The notes beneath the pieces were generated by a model, which saw only the letters and a program-made list of their open reading frames with translations, did no database searches and was not told the origin of the DNA. A DNA stretch of 64,000 nucleotides from Candidatus Omnitrophota bacterium (GTDB lineage Bacteria; Omnitrophota; Gorgyraeia; Zapsychrales; Fredricksoniimonadaceae), in NCBI GenBank assembly GCA_903860135.1, contig CAIOPG010000009.1:175805-239804 (forward strand), in the 5' to 3' direction. Shown piece after piece: positions 21,101 to 30,836 of this stretch. The translations under genes and the position numbers were made by a program. Position 1 is the first letter of the stretch. The number at the start of each line of letters is the position of its first letter.

Positions 21101-23757
21101 AACGAAAGAACCCCTTTCACGATCTTCGCCGCCTCTGCCATCGCCTCAGGCAACCTCGACGGTTCCTTGCCGCCAGCCTGCGCCATATTCGGCTTGCCGC
21201 CACCCGACCCGCCGATAAGAGGCGCGACTGTACGGATAATATCACCGGCCTTGATGCCCCTGGCCACAAGGTCATCCGTCACCGCGATCAGAAAAGCCGC
21301 CTCTGACGGTCCGGCGTCAGCACCGAGCAAATGAACAGATGATGAACATTTCTGTTTGATCATGTCAGATACACGGCGCAAGGTATCCATATCGACATCC
21401 TTGAATATATGCGCCAGGATCAAACTGCCACCGACCTTTTCAGCACCGGCTAAAACAGCATCAAGCCCGCTCCGGATAATATCAAAATTAAGAGTACTCA
21501 CTTCTTTCTGAAGCCCATTCAGTCGCAGCGACTGCTGTTCAATGCGCGCCGGAAGATCATCTGCGGCAACCTTGAGCGCCTGCGCCGCCTTATCAAGGAT
21601 CAACTCACGCCCGCGCACATAAGCCATGGCACCAGCCCCCGTCACCGCTTCAATGCGGCGAATACCCTGCGCCACCGCCCCTTCGGTCACGATCCTGAAG
21701 AAACCGATCTGCCCGGTAGCCGACACATGTGTGCCACCGCAAAATTCTTTGGAATGATCGCCGACCGTCACCACACGCACGGTATCCCCGTATTTCTCGG
21801 CAAAAAAAGCCAGTGCCCCGCTGGTGGCCGCCTGTTCGCGCGTCATTTCCGTCATCGCCACAGGTTCACAGGAACGGACAAGCCTGTTGACCATATCCTC
21901 GATCTTCTCGATCTCCGCACGGCCGACAGCTTTCGGATGCGTGAAATCAAACCGCAAACGGTCAGCATCAACCAGCGATCCCTGCTGTTTCACATGTTCT
22001 CCAAGGATCATGCGCAATGCCGCCTGCAAAAGATGGGTCGCTGTATGATTGCGCGCCACAGCCATACGCCGTTCGCCGTCGATAGCTGATTTGACAGCCG
22101 CAAGGGCCTTGCATACGCCTTTTTCGACAATCGCCGCATGCACATAAACATCCGCCACCTTGCGCACATGCTGCACCCGCAGTACACAGCCCTGCCCTGA
22201 TATCACACCGATATCCGCGCACTGCCCTCCCTGCTCGGCATAAAATGGCGTCTTGTCGAGCACAACAGTAACTTGACTGCCTTCAAGCGCTTCATCCACG
22301 GCCTGCGCCCCTACAAAGACTTTAAGAACAATACTTTCACACGCCGGCTGATCGTAACCAACAAAAATGGTCTTGGGCAAGCCCTTCACATCCACGTCGC
22401 CCGACAAAAACACATCGCCCTGCATCTTGCTGGCCGCGCGTGAACGCTCCTTCTGCGCGTCCATCTTTTTCTCAACAACGCGCATAACCCCCGCATGGAT
22501 ATCCGCCGCGAAGTTTGCACGTATCCTGGCCTCAATCAGATTCAGCGGCAGGCCGTAAGTGTCGCGGTAACCAAACATTTTCTCGCCGATCTCGGCGACC
22601 AATCCCGCCCCAGACGACTGGCGGGCTTTGATCTCCGCCAGATACGCATCAAGTTCAGGCACTTTTTCACGATTAAGCTTGATCACAGACTCCTCGACAC
22701 GCCTTACCGTTTCAACAATATCTTTTTCCTTGCCCAAAAGTTCAGGATACGGTGCCTGCATCAGCTGGACAACCTCGTGAACAAAGGTATGGATCAAGGG
22801 TTTTGTCACCCCTGCCTGGATCAGGATATTGGCCATGTCCACAACGAGTTTGCGCATCACATAGCCGCGCCCTTCATTGGAAGGAATAACCCCGTCGCAA
22901 ATACCAAAAGTCACGGCCCGGATATGATCCGTGATCAAACGGGTTTCACGCAAAGGCAGGGGGGCTCCCTGTGCGGCAACGGCTTGCTTCACCGCCGCCA
23001 TCACCGGGGCAAAAAGGTCAGACTCAAAATTATTCCGTTTGCCCTGCAGTACCGCGGTCAAACGCTCCAGCCCCATACCGGTATCAATATTCTTCGCCGG
23101 TAACGGTTCTAGGACACCGCCGTCCCTACGGTTATACTGCGTGAAAACAAGATTCCAAACCTCGCAAAAACGACCACAACTGCAATCAGGATCGCACGAA
23201 GGATTGGAACAACCATTAACGCCCCAATCAAAAAATATTTCCGAACAAGGCCCACAGGGGCCGTTGGGACCGTTCAACCGCGCATTCGACGGCCAGAAGT
23301 TGGATTTATCGCCAAGCTTGACGATGCGGCTCGACGGGAGCTGGATCTCATTCAACCATATCCCGTAAGCCTCCGCATCATCCTTATGCACAGAAACCCA
23401 GAGTTTCTCACCGGGGATACCCATTTCCAGAGTCAGGAATTCCCACGCCCAGGTGATCGCCTCACGCTTGAAATAATCCCCAAAAGAGAAATTGCCGAGC
23501 ATCTCGAACATCGTATGATGGAAATCCGTAACACCAACCTCGGTCAAGTCATCGGTGCGCAGGCATTTTTGTGATGTGGCCGCTCGCGCAAAACCCGTCA
23601 AATGCCCCATGAACTGCGGTTTGAACTGCTGCATCCCCGCTGTGGTGAAGAGCACCGTCGGATCATCCTTGGGTACAAGCGAATCACTCGCAATGACCGC
23701 ATGCCCCTTGGACTTGAAAAACTCGAGAAACTTTGTACGAATAGCATGCCCGGTCAT
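21097..23757 (-). CDS. alaS: alanine--tRNA ligase
   Basis: 886 aa. FHHTMFEMLGNFSFGDYFK, editing-domain HTATHLL...CGGTH, and a C-terminal DHHA1-like GGGGKPNMAQAGG. Confidence 0.97.
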   Translation of the reverse strand: MTGHAIRTKFLEFFKSKGHAVIASDSLVPKDDPTVLFTTAGMQQFKPQFMGHLTGFARAATSQKCLRTDDLTEVGVTDFHHTMFEMLGNFSFGDYFKREAITWAWEFLTLEMGIPGEKLWVSVHKDDAEAYGIWLNEIQLPSSRIVKLGDKSNFWPSNARLNGPNGPCGPCSEIFFDWGVNGCSNPSCDPDCSCGRFCEVWNLVFTQYNRRDGGVLEPLPAKNIDTGMGLERLTAVLQGKRNNFESDLFAPVMAAVKQAVAAQGAPLPLRETRLITDHIRAVTFGICDGVIPSNEGRGYVMRKLVVDMANILIQAGVTKPLIHTFVHEVVQLMQAPYPELLGKEKDIVETVRRVEESVIKLNREKVPELDAYLAEIKARQSSGAGLVAEIGEKMFGYRDTYGLPLNLIEARIRANFAADIHAGVMRVVEKKMDAQKERSRAASKMQGDVFLSGDVDVKGLPKTIFVGYDQPACESIVLKVFVGAQAVDEALEGSQVTVVLDKTPFYAEQGGQCADIGVISGQGCVLRVQHVRKVADVYVHAAIVEKGVCKALAAVKSAIDGERRMAVARNHTATHLLQAALRMILGEHVKQQGSLVDADRLRFDFTHPKAVGRAEIEKIEDMVNRLVRSCEPVAMTEMTREQAATSGALAFFAEKYGDTVRVVTVGDHSKEFCGGTHVSATGQIGFFRIVTEGAVAQGIRRIEAVTGAGAMAYVRGRELILDKAAQALKVAADDLPARIEQQSLRLNGLQKEVSTLNFDIIRSGLDAVLAGAEKVGGSLILAHIFKDVDMDTLRRVSDMIKQKCSSSVHLLGADAGPSEAAFLIAVTDDLVARGIKAGDIIRTVAPLIGGSGGGKPNMAQAGGKEPSRLPEAMAEAAKIVKGVLSL

Positions 23758-24248
23758 GATCCTGTCCTTCCTGCCGATAGAACTTTATGAATAACATCCG
23801 CCGAGAAGCCGCGGCGGAGCAGATAATCCGTCATACGCCTGTTTCTTTGGAATGGCTCGAGATCTTTATAATGCGCCATTTTCTTCTCGACCAGCGCTAC
23901 CACCATCTCGCCTTCATTATAATCCGCACGAAGCTGATCCCATTCCCTGCGGACCAGCTCCGGTGCTATGCCCTTATCTTTAAGTTCAAGCGTTACACGC
24001 TTGATACCCAGCGGCCTTTGCAAACGGCAACGCAACCATGCCCGCGTAAAAGCCGGGTCATCGAGAAGCCCCCTGCGCACCAAAGAGGCAATGGTATCCT
24101 CGACCATCACTGCCGGATATGCCTTGCCCACCATTTTACGCCGCACCTCTTCGATGGCGCGCGGCCTGAATTTCAAAAGGCGTAACGCATAAACCTGCGC
24201 TTTTTTGCGGATGATCTCATCCATTACAGGAACATCCACCACACCCAT
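23754..24248 (-). CDS. recX: recombination regulator RecX
   Basis: 164 aa with repeated helical RecX-like segments (ALRLLKFRPRAIEEVRRKM, LDDPAFTRAW). Lies immediately downstream of recA. Confidence 0.85.
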   Translation of the reverse strand: MGVVDVPVMDEIIRKKAQVYALRLLKFRPRAIEEVRRKMVGKAYPAVMVEDTIASLVRRGLLDDPAFTRAWLRCRLQRPLGIKRVTLELKDKGIAPELVRREWDQLRADYNEGEMVVALVEKKMAHYKDLEPFQRNRRMTDYLLRRGFSADVIHKVLSAGRTGS

Positions 24249-24250
24249 CC

Positions 24251-25294
24251 CTACTCGGCATGTTTTGAAGGTAACGGCACCACCTTGGACTTCTCCAGGA
24301 TCACCTTCTCGATCTTCTGAGCCACCTTCGGATTCTCCTGAAGATAACGGCGCACATTATCGCGCCCCTGGCCGATGCGCTCACCTTCAAAAGCAAACCA
24401 GGCGCCAGACTTATCGATCACATTGTATTTGGTCCCCATATCCACCAGATCGCTGGCCAAGGAAATGCCCTCGTCAAAATGGATCTCAAATTCAGCCTCT
24501 TTGAACGGGGCCGCGACCTTGTTCTTGACGATCTTGGCACGCACCCGGTTGCCGATCACCTCATCGCCCCTTTTGAGCGTCTCGATACGGCGCAGGTCAA
24601 TGCGCACCGATGAATAGAACTTCAGGGCATTACCGCCGGTCGTTGTTTCGGGATTACCGAACATCACGCCGATCTTCATACGGATCTGATTGATAAAAAT
24701 GAGGCAAGTATTGGACTTGCTCGTAACCGCCGTTAATTTCCGAAGGGCCTGCGACATCAGCCGCGCATGCAACCCCATATGACTATCGCCCATATCACCC
24801 TCGATCTCGGCCTTGGGCGTCAACGCGGCCACAGAATCAATGACAACCAGGTCTACAGCACTCGACCGCACCAGCGTTTCCGCGATCTCCAGGGCCTGTT
24901 CACCGGTATCAGGCTGAGACACCAGCAGGTCTTCCAACTTAACACCCAACCTGGCCGCATACGCCGCGTCAAAAGCATGTTCAGCATCGATGAACGCCGC
25001 CACCCCGCCTTTTTTCTGGATCTGATGGATCAGGCTCAGCGTCAACGTGGTCTTACCCGAAGATTCCGGGCCGTAGATCTCAACCACGCGCCCGCGCGGG
25101 ATACCACCCACGCCAAGGGCAATGTCAAGGGCAATAGAACCGGTCGGGATCGAATCCACATCAACACGGGCCTGCCCGTCGAGTTTCATGATAGACCCCT
25201 TCCCGAACTGCTTTTCGATCTGCGTCAGCGCAAGATCCAGCGCTTTCTTGCGGTTTTCTGTTTCCGCAGGCGACATTTTTTTGACTTCCGACAT
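24251..25294 (-). CDS. recA: recombinase RecA
   Basis: [19 protein letters not shown] (Walker A), [19 protein letters not shown]. Start set to ATG 25294 (MSEVKK...), with GGAGGA about 8 nt upstream; the ORF-track start is 25348. Confidence 0.96.
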   Translation of the reverse strand: MSEVKKMSPAETENRKKALDLALTQIEKQFGKGSIMKLDGQARVDVDSIPTGSIALDIALGVGGIPRGRVVEIYGPESSGKTTLTLSLIHQIQKKGGVAAFIDAEHAFDAAYAARLGVKLEDLLVSQPDTGEQALEIAETLVRSSAVDLVVIDSVAALTPKAEIEGDMGDSHMGLHARLMSQALRKLTAVTSKSNTCLIFINQIRMKIGVMFGNPETTTGGNALKFYSSVRIDLRRIETLKRGDEVIGNRVRAKIVKNKVAAPFKEAEFEIHFDEGISLASDLVDMGTKYNVIDKSGAWFAFEGERIGQGRDNVRRYLQENPKVAQKIEKVILEKSKVVPLPSKHAE

Positions 25295-25364
25295 GTTCAT
25301 TTCCTCCAATAAGATAATATTAATAAGAAGGGGTGGATGATTATACAAAAGGAGGCTGTGATTG

Positions 25365-27080
25365 TCAACGCAACTTCAGCCCCCTCTTGCTCAATTGTAT
25401 GATCTTATCCAATCTTGGTCCATCCCCCAGAATGCTACCAATGATCTTAAGCCCCCGTGTCACGCCACCAGTGCCTTCGGCGTGCTCGAGTGCCAACAAA
25501 AAATTGATCGCCAACTCATCCGTATAATGTGAAGGCAATATCCGTTCAAGATACGTCACCGACACAGGATATTGCTTGATCGCGTAATAATAATCTGCCA
25601 TCCCCAACTGCCCATAATAAGATAATGGCACCTTATTGAATATCCGTTCAAAAGCCGCCTTCCCGTCATCCAAACGACCCAACTGTAAATAACAAACGCC
25701 AAGATAGTAATTTGAAAGCGTTGCGTCACACCCTGGATCTTTCAGGGCAAGCAAAAAATTATCTACTGCCTCTTGATATTTCTTCAATCGAAAAAACTCC
25801 GTTCCTTTAAAGAAATAGCCCATGTGGTGCTCTGGATAAGCCTTGACCCAAGCCTCACCCAGAGAGAAATTGCTCCGCCATACCAAATTACTTGTGATGG
25901 CGGGAAGAAGTAACGAAACGATGGCCGCAGAACATAAAAAATACCGCATCCCCGCCGATAAGCGACCACCCCATACCCGCCCCCAATATACAAGGAGCGT
26001 GGCCATCAAGAACGCTATACCCACAAAAGGGATATACATATAACGCAAAGCAACTGGATTGGGATTAACCCAATAAACCAAAGCCGGCAAAAAGAAAACA
26101 CACACCCATAATGCCGCCCATGAAACCTTTGTACGCCTCATTATTAAAATAATCATTGAAGCCATCAGCGTAACAACCAGAAATGCCAGACCTATCATGT
26201 CAACAGAAAGCCATGGGCGCGGCAATGGCCAATATAGAGGCGGCATAACACCAGCAGAAAGAACAAAACAGATCTCTTTTAAATAAAGTGCCACGATCTG
26301 AACAAAAACCGACATATACTCCTGCCAGCCATACCCGACAGCAAAGTTACGTATAAAACCAGTATTCTGGAAAACAAAGAAATATACATACAAATAAAAG
26401 AATGAAATAAAAAAGAACGGCCAATAGGGCCGTTGTTTTATAACCTTTGCCTCCAGCCCAAGAATCGTTCTGTCAAAGAATACAATGACCAATGGAAAGA
26501 AGAGGGCTGTCTCTTTGGAAAACAGTGCCAGAAAATAAGCTGTATACGCAAGAATGGCCCACAGCGCAGTAATCTTCTTTCGAAAATAAAGCCAGGATTG
26601 AAACGCGATCAAGAGAAAAAAACAAGCCAGCAAGTCTGATCTGTAGCCTATCGCAGCAACAGGTTCCGTATTAGCAGGATGAATAGCAAAAATAATGGCG
26701 GCTGACAAAGCTACGAGCGGTGTCGAAAGAAGCGCAACGATCTGATAAAGCAAAAGGACATTGGCCAAATGCAATACAAGACTTGTCAGATGATACCCGA
26801 AAGGGCGATTATCCCAACCCAAACAATCAAAGAAGAAACTCATCGTCGTCATAGGCCGGTAAGCTACTGACCCCGTTCCCTTGTCAGGAGAATGGCCATA
26901 CAGCACTTCATCGGGAATAACATTATACCCGGAACGGAAAATTCTAACGATATTGGACGAGTTTTTATAAAAAGAATTGTTGCCAAAGAGAGCATGATCA
27001 TCACCGGCAAAACCATTCCATAAAACACATGAAAAACACAATAGAATCAAAACAACAAGGCTGATCTTATGCTTGAACAT
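25365..27080 (-). CDS. polytopic membrane protein with C-terminal TPR repeats (GT-C fold, PMT/TMTC-like glycosyltransferase candidate)
   Basis: 571 aa. About 10 hydrophobic helices, and an early loop motif [10 protein letters not shown] resembling the first-loop DD/DE motif of GT-C mannosyltransferases. The C-terminal roughly 150 aa hold TPR-like repeats ([23 protein letters not shown]...). Confidence 0.6.
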   Translation of the reverse strand: MFKHKISLVVLILLCFSCVLWNGFAGDDHALFGNNSFYKNSSNIVRIFRSGYNVIPDEVLYGHSPDKGTGSVAYRPMTTMSFFFDCLGWDNRPFGYHLTSLVLHLANVLLLYQIVALLSTPLVALSAAIIFAIHPANTEPVAAIGYRSDLLACFFLLIAFQSWLYFRKKITALWAILAYTAYFLALFSKETALFFPLVIVFFDRTILGLEAKVIKQRPYWPFFFISFFYLYVYFFVFQNTGFIRNFAVGYGWQEYMSVFVQIVALYLKEICFVLSAGVMPPLYWPLPRPWLSVDMIGLAFLVVTLMASMIILIMRRTKVSWAALWVCVFFLPALVYWVNPNPVALRYMYIPFVGIAFLMATLLVYWGRVWGGRLSAGMRYFLCSAAIVSLLLPAITSNLVWRSNFSLGEAWVKAYPEHHMGYFFKGTEFFRLKKYQEAVDNFLLALKDPGCDATLSNYYLGVCYLQLGRLDDGKAAFERIFNKVPLSYYGQLGMADYYYAIKQYPVSVTYLERILPSHYTDELAINFLLALEHAEGTGGVTRGLKIIGSILGDGPRLDKIIQLSKRGLKLR

Positions 27081-27092
27081 TATAGCGTCACT

Positions 27093-27839
27093 TCAACTCA
27101 AGGAATTGTTTAGGATCGCAAAAGATACAACCGCTATCGCGGCTGTATCCACTTTTAAAACATTCTCACCGAGAGTCACAGGCACCGCACCAGCTAGCAC
27201 GGCTTCGACTGCTTCCTCAGGCGTGAAATCTCCTTCAGGTCCAATAAAAAAAACAAAATCCCCTGCATTTCGGCGCGCCGCCAGCGCCATACCCAAAGAA
27301 ATCCGTTCTCCTTCAAGCCATGGGAAAAAAAGAAATTTTCCGGGAACAGCTGTCATGGCCAGCGTTTGGAAGAAAGAAACCGGTAATGTGATCTCGGGAA
27401 ACCATGGACGCTTGCACTGTTTGGCCGCGTTGAGCGCCACCCTCTGGTAACGGGCAAGTTTATGATCAGCTTTCTCGCCGTGCACGTCGTTCTCGGTCCT
27501 TGCCGTAACCATAGGGATAATACGGTCCACCCCTAGCTCGGTGCACTTTTCAATGATCGTTTCAAATTTGGTTCTTTTGGGGATGGCGCAGGCCAGCGTG
27601 ATGTGCGGCCCATGATGCCTCGGAACAACGACAAGAGATCTGATATCAACCCAGGCCGCTGTGCGTGAAACCTCCCGAAGCACCCCTTGCGCCACGCCCC
27701 CTTGCCCGTTCACGATCTCGACGCTATCGCCTGCCTTCAAGCGCAGGACACGGGTCACATGGGCAAATTCATCAGGGTCATCGAGCAAAATACGCGTATC
27801 ATGGCCGGAAAATGGATGGAAAAATCTTCCCGCAGACAC
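27093..27839 (-). CDS. rsmE: 16S rRNA (uracil1498-N3)-methyltransferase RsmE
   Basis: 248 aa. N-terminal PUA-like HVTRVLRLKAGD, and a C-terminal SPOUT knot IGPEGDFTPEE. The start lies 2 nt after the stop of the last pilin-like gene. Confidence 0.88.
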   Translation of the reverse strand: MSAGRFFHPFSGHDTRILLDDPDEFAHVTRVLRLKAGDSVEIVNGQGGVAQGVLREVSRTAAWVDIRSLVVVPRHHGPHITLACAIPKRTKFETIIEKCTELGVDRIIPMVTARTENDVHGEKADHKLARYQRVALNAAKQCKRPWFPEITLPVSFFQTLAMTAVPGKFLFFPWLEGERISLGMALAARRNAGDFVFFIGPEGDFTPEEAVEAVLAGAVPVTLGENVLKVDTAAIAVVSFAILNNSLS

Positions 27840-27841
27840 GC

Positions 27842-28474
27842 CTAATAACCCCCGGCATTTTCTCGGAAAGTGATGCTGACTTGAGGATTGTCCGTTGTGC
27901 CAGCTGTAAGTGCCCCGGCACTCACAGCCGCGCCAGCAGACGGTGTTTTTCGTCCAACGACGGTCATCTGAAAATAATATTCTCCGGTAGCCCCATCAGC
28001 CACCAGCACAGGATCAGCAATATTGGCATGTGTAAACATATCTTTGACAACATACCCCTCAAAGGTATCTCCCGTAGTACAAGTACCCACTGCCGTCAAT
28101 TCACAACTATATACCGCTGTCTGATCAAGATCACCCGGCTTACTGAAGCAAGTCCAGTTGTCATCTGTGTAAATCTCGGGTGTGAATGCTCCCGATACCT
28201 GGACATCATGCCGAAAACAAAGTGACGAATTGGTGTTATTCAAGTAAATATTTACGCCTGTATCCGAAGGCGATCCATGAAGGCTCCGCACACTCATCCG
28301 TATCTTGTTCACTAAGTATTGAGCTTGGATGTTAATCAAGGCTTCCGAAGAAACATTACTGCCACTCTTGCGCAGTCCATAATCCACACTAAAAATGGCT
28401 GCCATCATGAAGGTGACAATAATGCTCGCCACAATAAGTTCAGCCATTGTAACGGCAGAAGAAGATACTTTCAT
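27842..28474 (-). CDS. minor pilin-like protein (degenerate prepilin N-terminus, 210 aa)
   Basis: Internal ATG 28474 gives MKVSSSA|VTMAELIVASIIVTFMMAAIF. This has a hydrophobic alpha1-N helix with Glu at +5 and Ala at -1. The ORF-track extension to 28621 overlaps the upstream gene. Last gene of the pilin string. Confidence 0.6.
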   Translation of the reverse strand: MKVSSSAVTMAELIVASIIVTFMMAAIFSVDYGLRKSGSNVSSEALINIQAQYLVNKIRMSVRSLHGSPSDTGVNIYLNNTNSSLCFRHDVQVSGAFTPEIYTDDNWTCFSKPGDLDQTAVYSCELTAVGTCTTGDTFEGYVVKDMFTHANIADPVLVADGATGEYYFQMTVVGRKTPSAGAAVSAGALTAGTTDNPQVSITFRENAGGY

Positions 28475-28476
28475 AA

Positions 28477-28824
28477 TCACCAATTTACCGTCACAGTAAC
28501 CTGGCGCGTTGTCCCGAAGCCAGCTACAACCGTGTAACTGGCTGATGTCATCGAGGTGCAATTGGGATAGGATGCCACAGTAACAGCATGCGCACCGAGC
28601 GTAAGCACGCCCGTACTCCATGTAGAACCCGCCACCGACTTATTCAAGCTATCCAGTATCTCTTTACCGCATAACCCCGCAACCATCCTCGCTTCCGATC
28701 CACGCCCCGAGACCCGCGTTTGGACAATGGTAGCCAAAACCCCCGCAGATGCCACCACAAAAATAACAGACGCGACAATAACCTCGGTCATAGAAAAACC
28801 TGCCTGATCCGTATAAAATTTCAT
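28477..28824 (-). CDS. minor pilin/pseudopilin (prepilin-type N-terminal domain, 115 aa)
   Basis: ATG 28824 gives MKFYTDQAG|FSMTEVIVASVIFVVASAGVL, with Gly -1, Phe +1 and Glu +5. ATGA overlap with the upstream stop at 28821. Confidence 0.75.
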   Translation of the reverse strand: MKFYTDQAGFSMTEVIVASVIFVVASAGVLATIVQTRVSGRGSEARMVAGLCGKEILDSLNKSVAGSTWSTGVLTLGAHAVTVASYPNCTSMTSASYTVVAGFGTTRQVTVTVNW

Positions 28825-29210
28825 GGACAATTAGCCCCCGCGCATGAAGGATTAGTTCCGGCCACAACTGGACTTGCTAATGTGACCGTGACCGTCAGAC
28901 CAGATCCAATACTGCCCACACATGTCCCGCTACCACAGGAATACGACACCCCGTCAGCAATAATATGTGTAGCCAACGCCGTATTGATAGCATTGATATC
29001 AGCAGCTACCAGATTAGTGCCGTTGTTATACAAACGATACTGGGCATTGGCGGCATGAATGATACTCAAATTATCCACAACAGAACGCCCGCGCGTGCGA
29101 TCAATCGTCTTAATAAACTGCGGGATAGCCATACCAACCAATATTCCGGAAATGACAAAAATAACCATTAACTCAATCATGGTAAAAGCTTCATTATAAA
29201 GTTTAGTCAT
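28821..29210 (-). CDS. minor pilin, paralog family 2 (129 aa, C-terminal SCAGANCP)
   Basis: ATG 29210 gives MTKLYNEA|FTMIELMVIFVISGILVGMAIPQF. Shares SIIHAANA, AINTAL, YSC and the terminal CxGxxCP with the next two genes. ATGA overlap at 29207-29210. Confidence 0.8.
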   Translation of the reverse strand: MTKLYNEAFTMIELMVIFVISGILVGMAIPQFIKTIDRTRGRSVVDNLSIIHAANAQYRLYNNGTNLVAADINAINTALATHIIADGVSYSCGSGTCVGSIGSGLTVTVTLASPVVAGTNPSCAGANCP

Positions 29211-29581
29211 GGACAACTTGTTCCTGTACATGTCGCAACGCCCGAACTTGTGTTCGGAGTTGTTACAACAAATCCCGTACCCGTAGCCGTGCATTCCGTA
29301 CCTGAAGAACAAGAATATGTGGCACCATCAGCCTTAATATTTAACCCGAGAGCCGTATTTATGGCAGCCACATCTCCAGCCGTAGTATTAGCTCCAGAAC
29401 GTGAAAGAAAGAGGGCATTAGCCGCATGAATAATCGAAATGTTCGTCATGGCCGAACGCGCCTTTGACCGTAAAATAGTTTTTGAAAACTGCGGAACAGC
29501 AAATGCGGCAATGATTGAAATGATGCTCAAAACAACAATAAGTTCAATCAGCGTAAACCCGCTACGCATAAAATACCTCAT
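29207..29581 (-). CDS. minor pilin, paralog family 2 (124 aa, C-terminal TCTGTSCP)
   Basis: ATG 29581 gives MRYFMRSG|FTLIELIVVLSIISIIAAFAVPQF. SIIHAANA, AINTAL, YSC motifs. ATGA overlap at 29578-29581. Confidence 0.8.
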   Translation of the reverse strand: MRYFMRSGFTLIELIVVLSIISIIAAFAVPQFSKTILRSKARSAMTNISIIHAANALFLSRSGANTTAGDVAAINTALGLNIKADGATYSCSSGTECTATGTGFVVTTPNTSSGVATCTGTSCP

Positions 29582-29973
29582 GGGCAACTTGAACCAGAAC
29601 AAGATGGATTTGAGTCACTTAACGCAGTAGCCAACGTGAGCGTCTCTGTAAACCCTGAACCTGTCGCAAGGCATGTCCCTGAATCAGTACAGGAATAAGT
29701 CACTCCATTCGACGTGATCTTTAACTCCAGAGCCGTATTAATGGCCACTAAATTTCCGGCTGTAGATGCATTAACATTTGAATTATTATTACGTAAACGA
29801 TAATACCCATTAGCCGCGTGGATCAGATTAAGATTGGCGATCCCTGCACGTGCATAGGCACGCTTGGTACTTTTTGAAAGAAGCGTGGTCGCAAAAATTG
29901 CTAAAATACCAACAAGCGCCAACACAATTATCATTTCAATGAGCGTAAAAGCCTGACGCATAGTTGGTCTCAT
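29578..29973 (-). CDS. minor pilin, paralog family 2 (131 aa, C-terminal SCSGSSCP)
   Basis: ATG 29973 gives MRPTMRQA|FTLIEMIIVLALVGILAIF. NLIHAANG, AINTAL, YSC motifs. ATGA overlap at 29970-29973. Confidence 0.8.
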   Translation of the reverse strand: MRPTMRQAFTLIEMIIVLALVGILAIFATTLLSKSTKRAYARAGIANLNLIHAANGYYRLRNNNSNVNASTAGNLVAINTALELKITSNGVTYSCTDSGTCLATGSGFTETLTLATALSDSNPSCSGSSCP

Positions 29974-30389
29974 GCGCACGGCGTATTAGGACAAATTTTC
30001 TTAAGTGTGTCCGGACATGAACCACACGAAAAAGCACCCGCTGCAGACACACTAACAGTATATGAACCTGTCGCTGGCTGAACAGCGGATTTTATCGTCA
30101 ATGAAACAGCACCCGTTGATGTATTGCACACAGGTGCCGCAAAATTCGTCGGCGTAACCGTTACATCCAGATTGGCACAAGCGGCACTGGTATCATAGGT
30201 GCTTTTTTCAAGATTATACCTTATCTGAGCCGCGTTGAGCGTGTTAAGGACATTAATCCCTTCAGTAAAGATCGTTTGATCCTTCGCTCCTACCATACGC
30301 GGTACAGCCAACGACGCCAATACACCAATGATAACAATCACGACGATAATTTCAATTAATGTAAAAGCAGACGATCGTATTATATTCAT
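29970..30389 (-). CDS. pilin-like protein (139 aa, Cys-rich C-terminus)
   Basis: MNIIRSSA|FTLIEIIVVIVIIGVLASLAVPRM. The C-terminus is FSCGSCPDTLKKICPNTPCA. Confidence 0.8.
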   Translation of the reverse strand: MNIIRSSAFTLIEIIVVIVIIGVLASLAVPRMVGAKDQTIFTEGINVLNTLNAAQIRYNLEKSTYDTSAACANLDVTVTPTNFAAPVCNTSTGAVSLTIKSAVQPATGSYTVSVSAAGAFSCGSCPDTLKKICPNTPCA

Positions 30390-30401
30390 ACCATTCCAAA
30401 A

Positions 30402-30818
30402 CTAATTCTTCAATGTTGAAAAAATCCCACCCTTTATCTTTGTAACAGTTCCCGCAGGGGCATTCAGCCTAAGCGTGATCGTATCAGCAACTCCTGCACC
30501 ACCTTTTAAAGTAGCTGTCGCACCGCAAGCAGATGCATTCGCACATTCAGTAGCGGTAAATGAATACGTAAAATTAGTTGATGCCGTTGGAAATGAATAG
30601 CCCGATATTGCTGTTATATTATTACATGCCGTATAATCTTCACTGTTCTGAATATAACATTCCTGGACTTTGCGCATCAAAACGCCAAGCTGCATATAAG
30701 CCTCTGCCGCTTTGGCAATATTCACCTGAGCGCTAAGACGCGGCAAAGCTACTGCGGCCAAAACACCAATGATGATAACAACAATGATGATCTCGATTAG
30801 TGTAAAGCCTTTTTTCAT
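30402..30818 (-). CDS. type IV major pilin candidate, tandem copy 1 (138 aa)
   Basis: MKKG|FTLIEIIIVVIIIGVLAAVALPRLSAQ: a very short leader, Gly -1, Phe +1, Glu +5, and four Cys. Near-identical to the next two genes. Confidence 0.88.
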   Translation of the reverse strand: MKKGFTLIEIIIVVIIIGVLAAVALPRLSAQVNIAKAAEAYMQLGVLMRKVQECYIQNSEDYTACNNITAISGYSFPTASTNFTYSFTATECANASACGATATLKGGAGVADTITLRLNAPAGTVTKIKGGIFSTLKN

Positions 30819-30836
30819 TACTTACCCCATTTCCAA

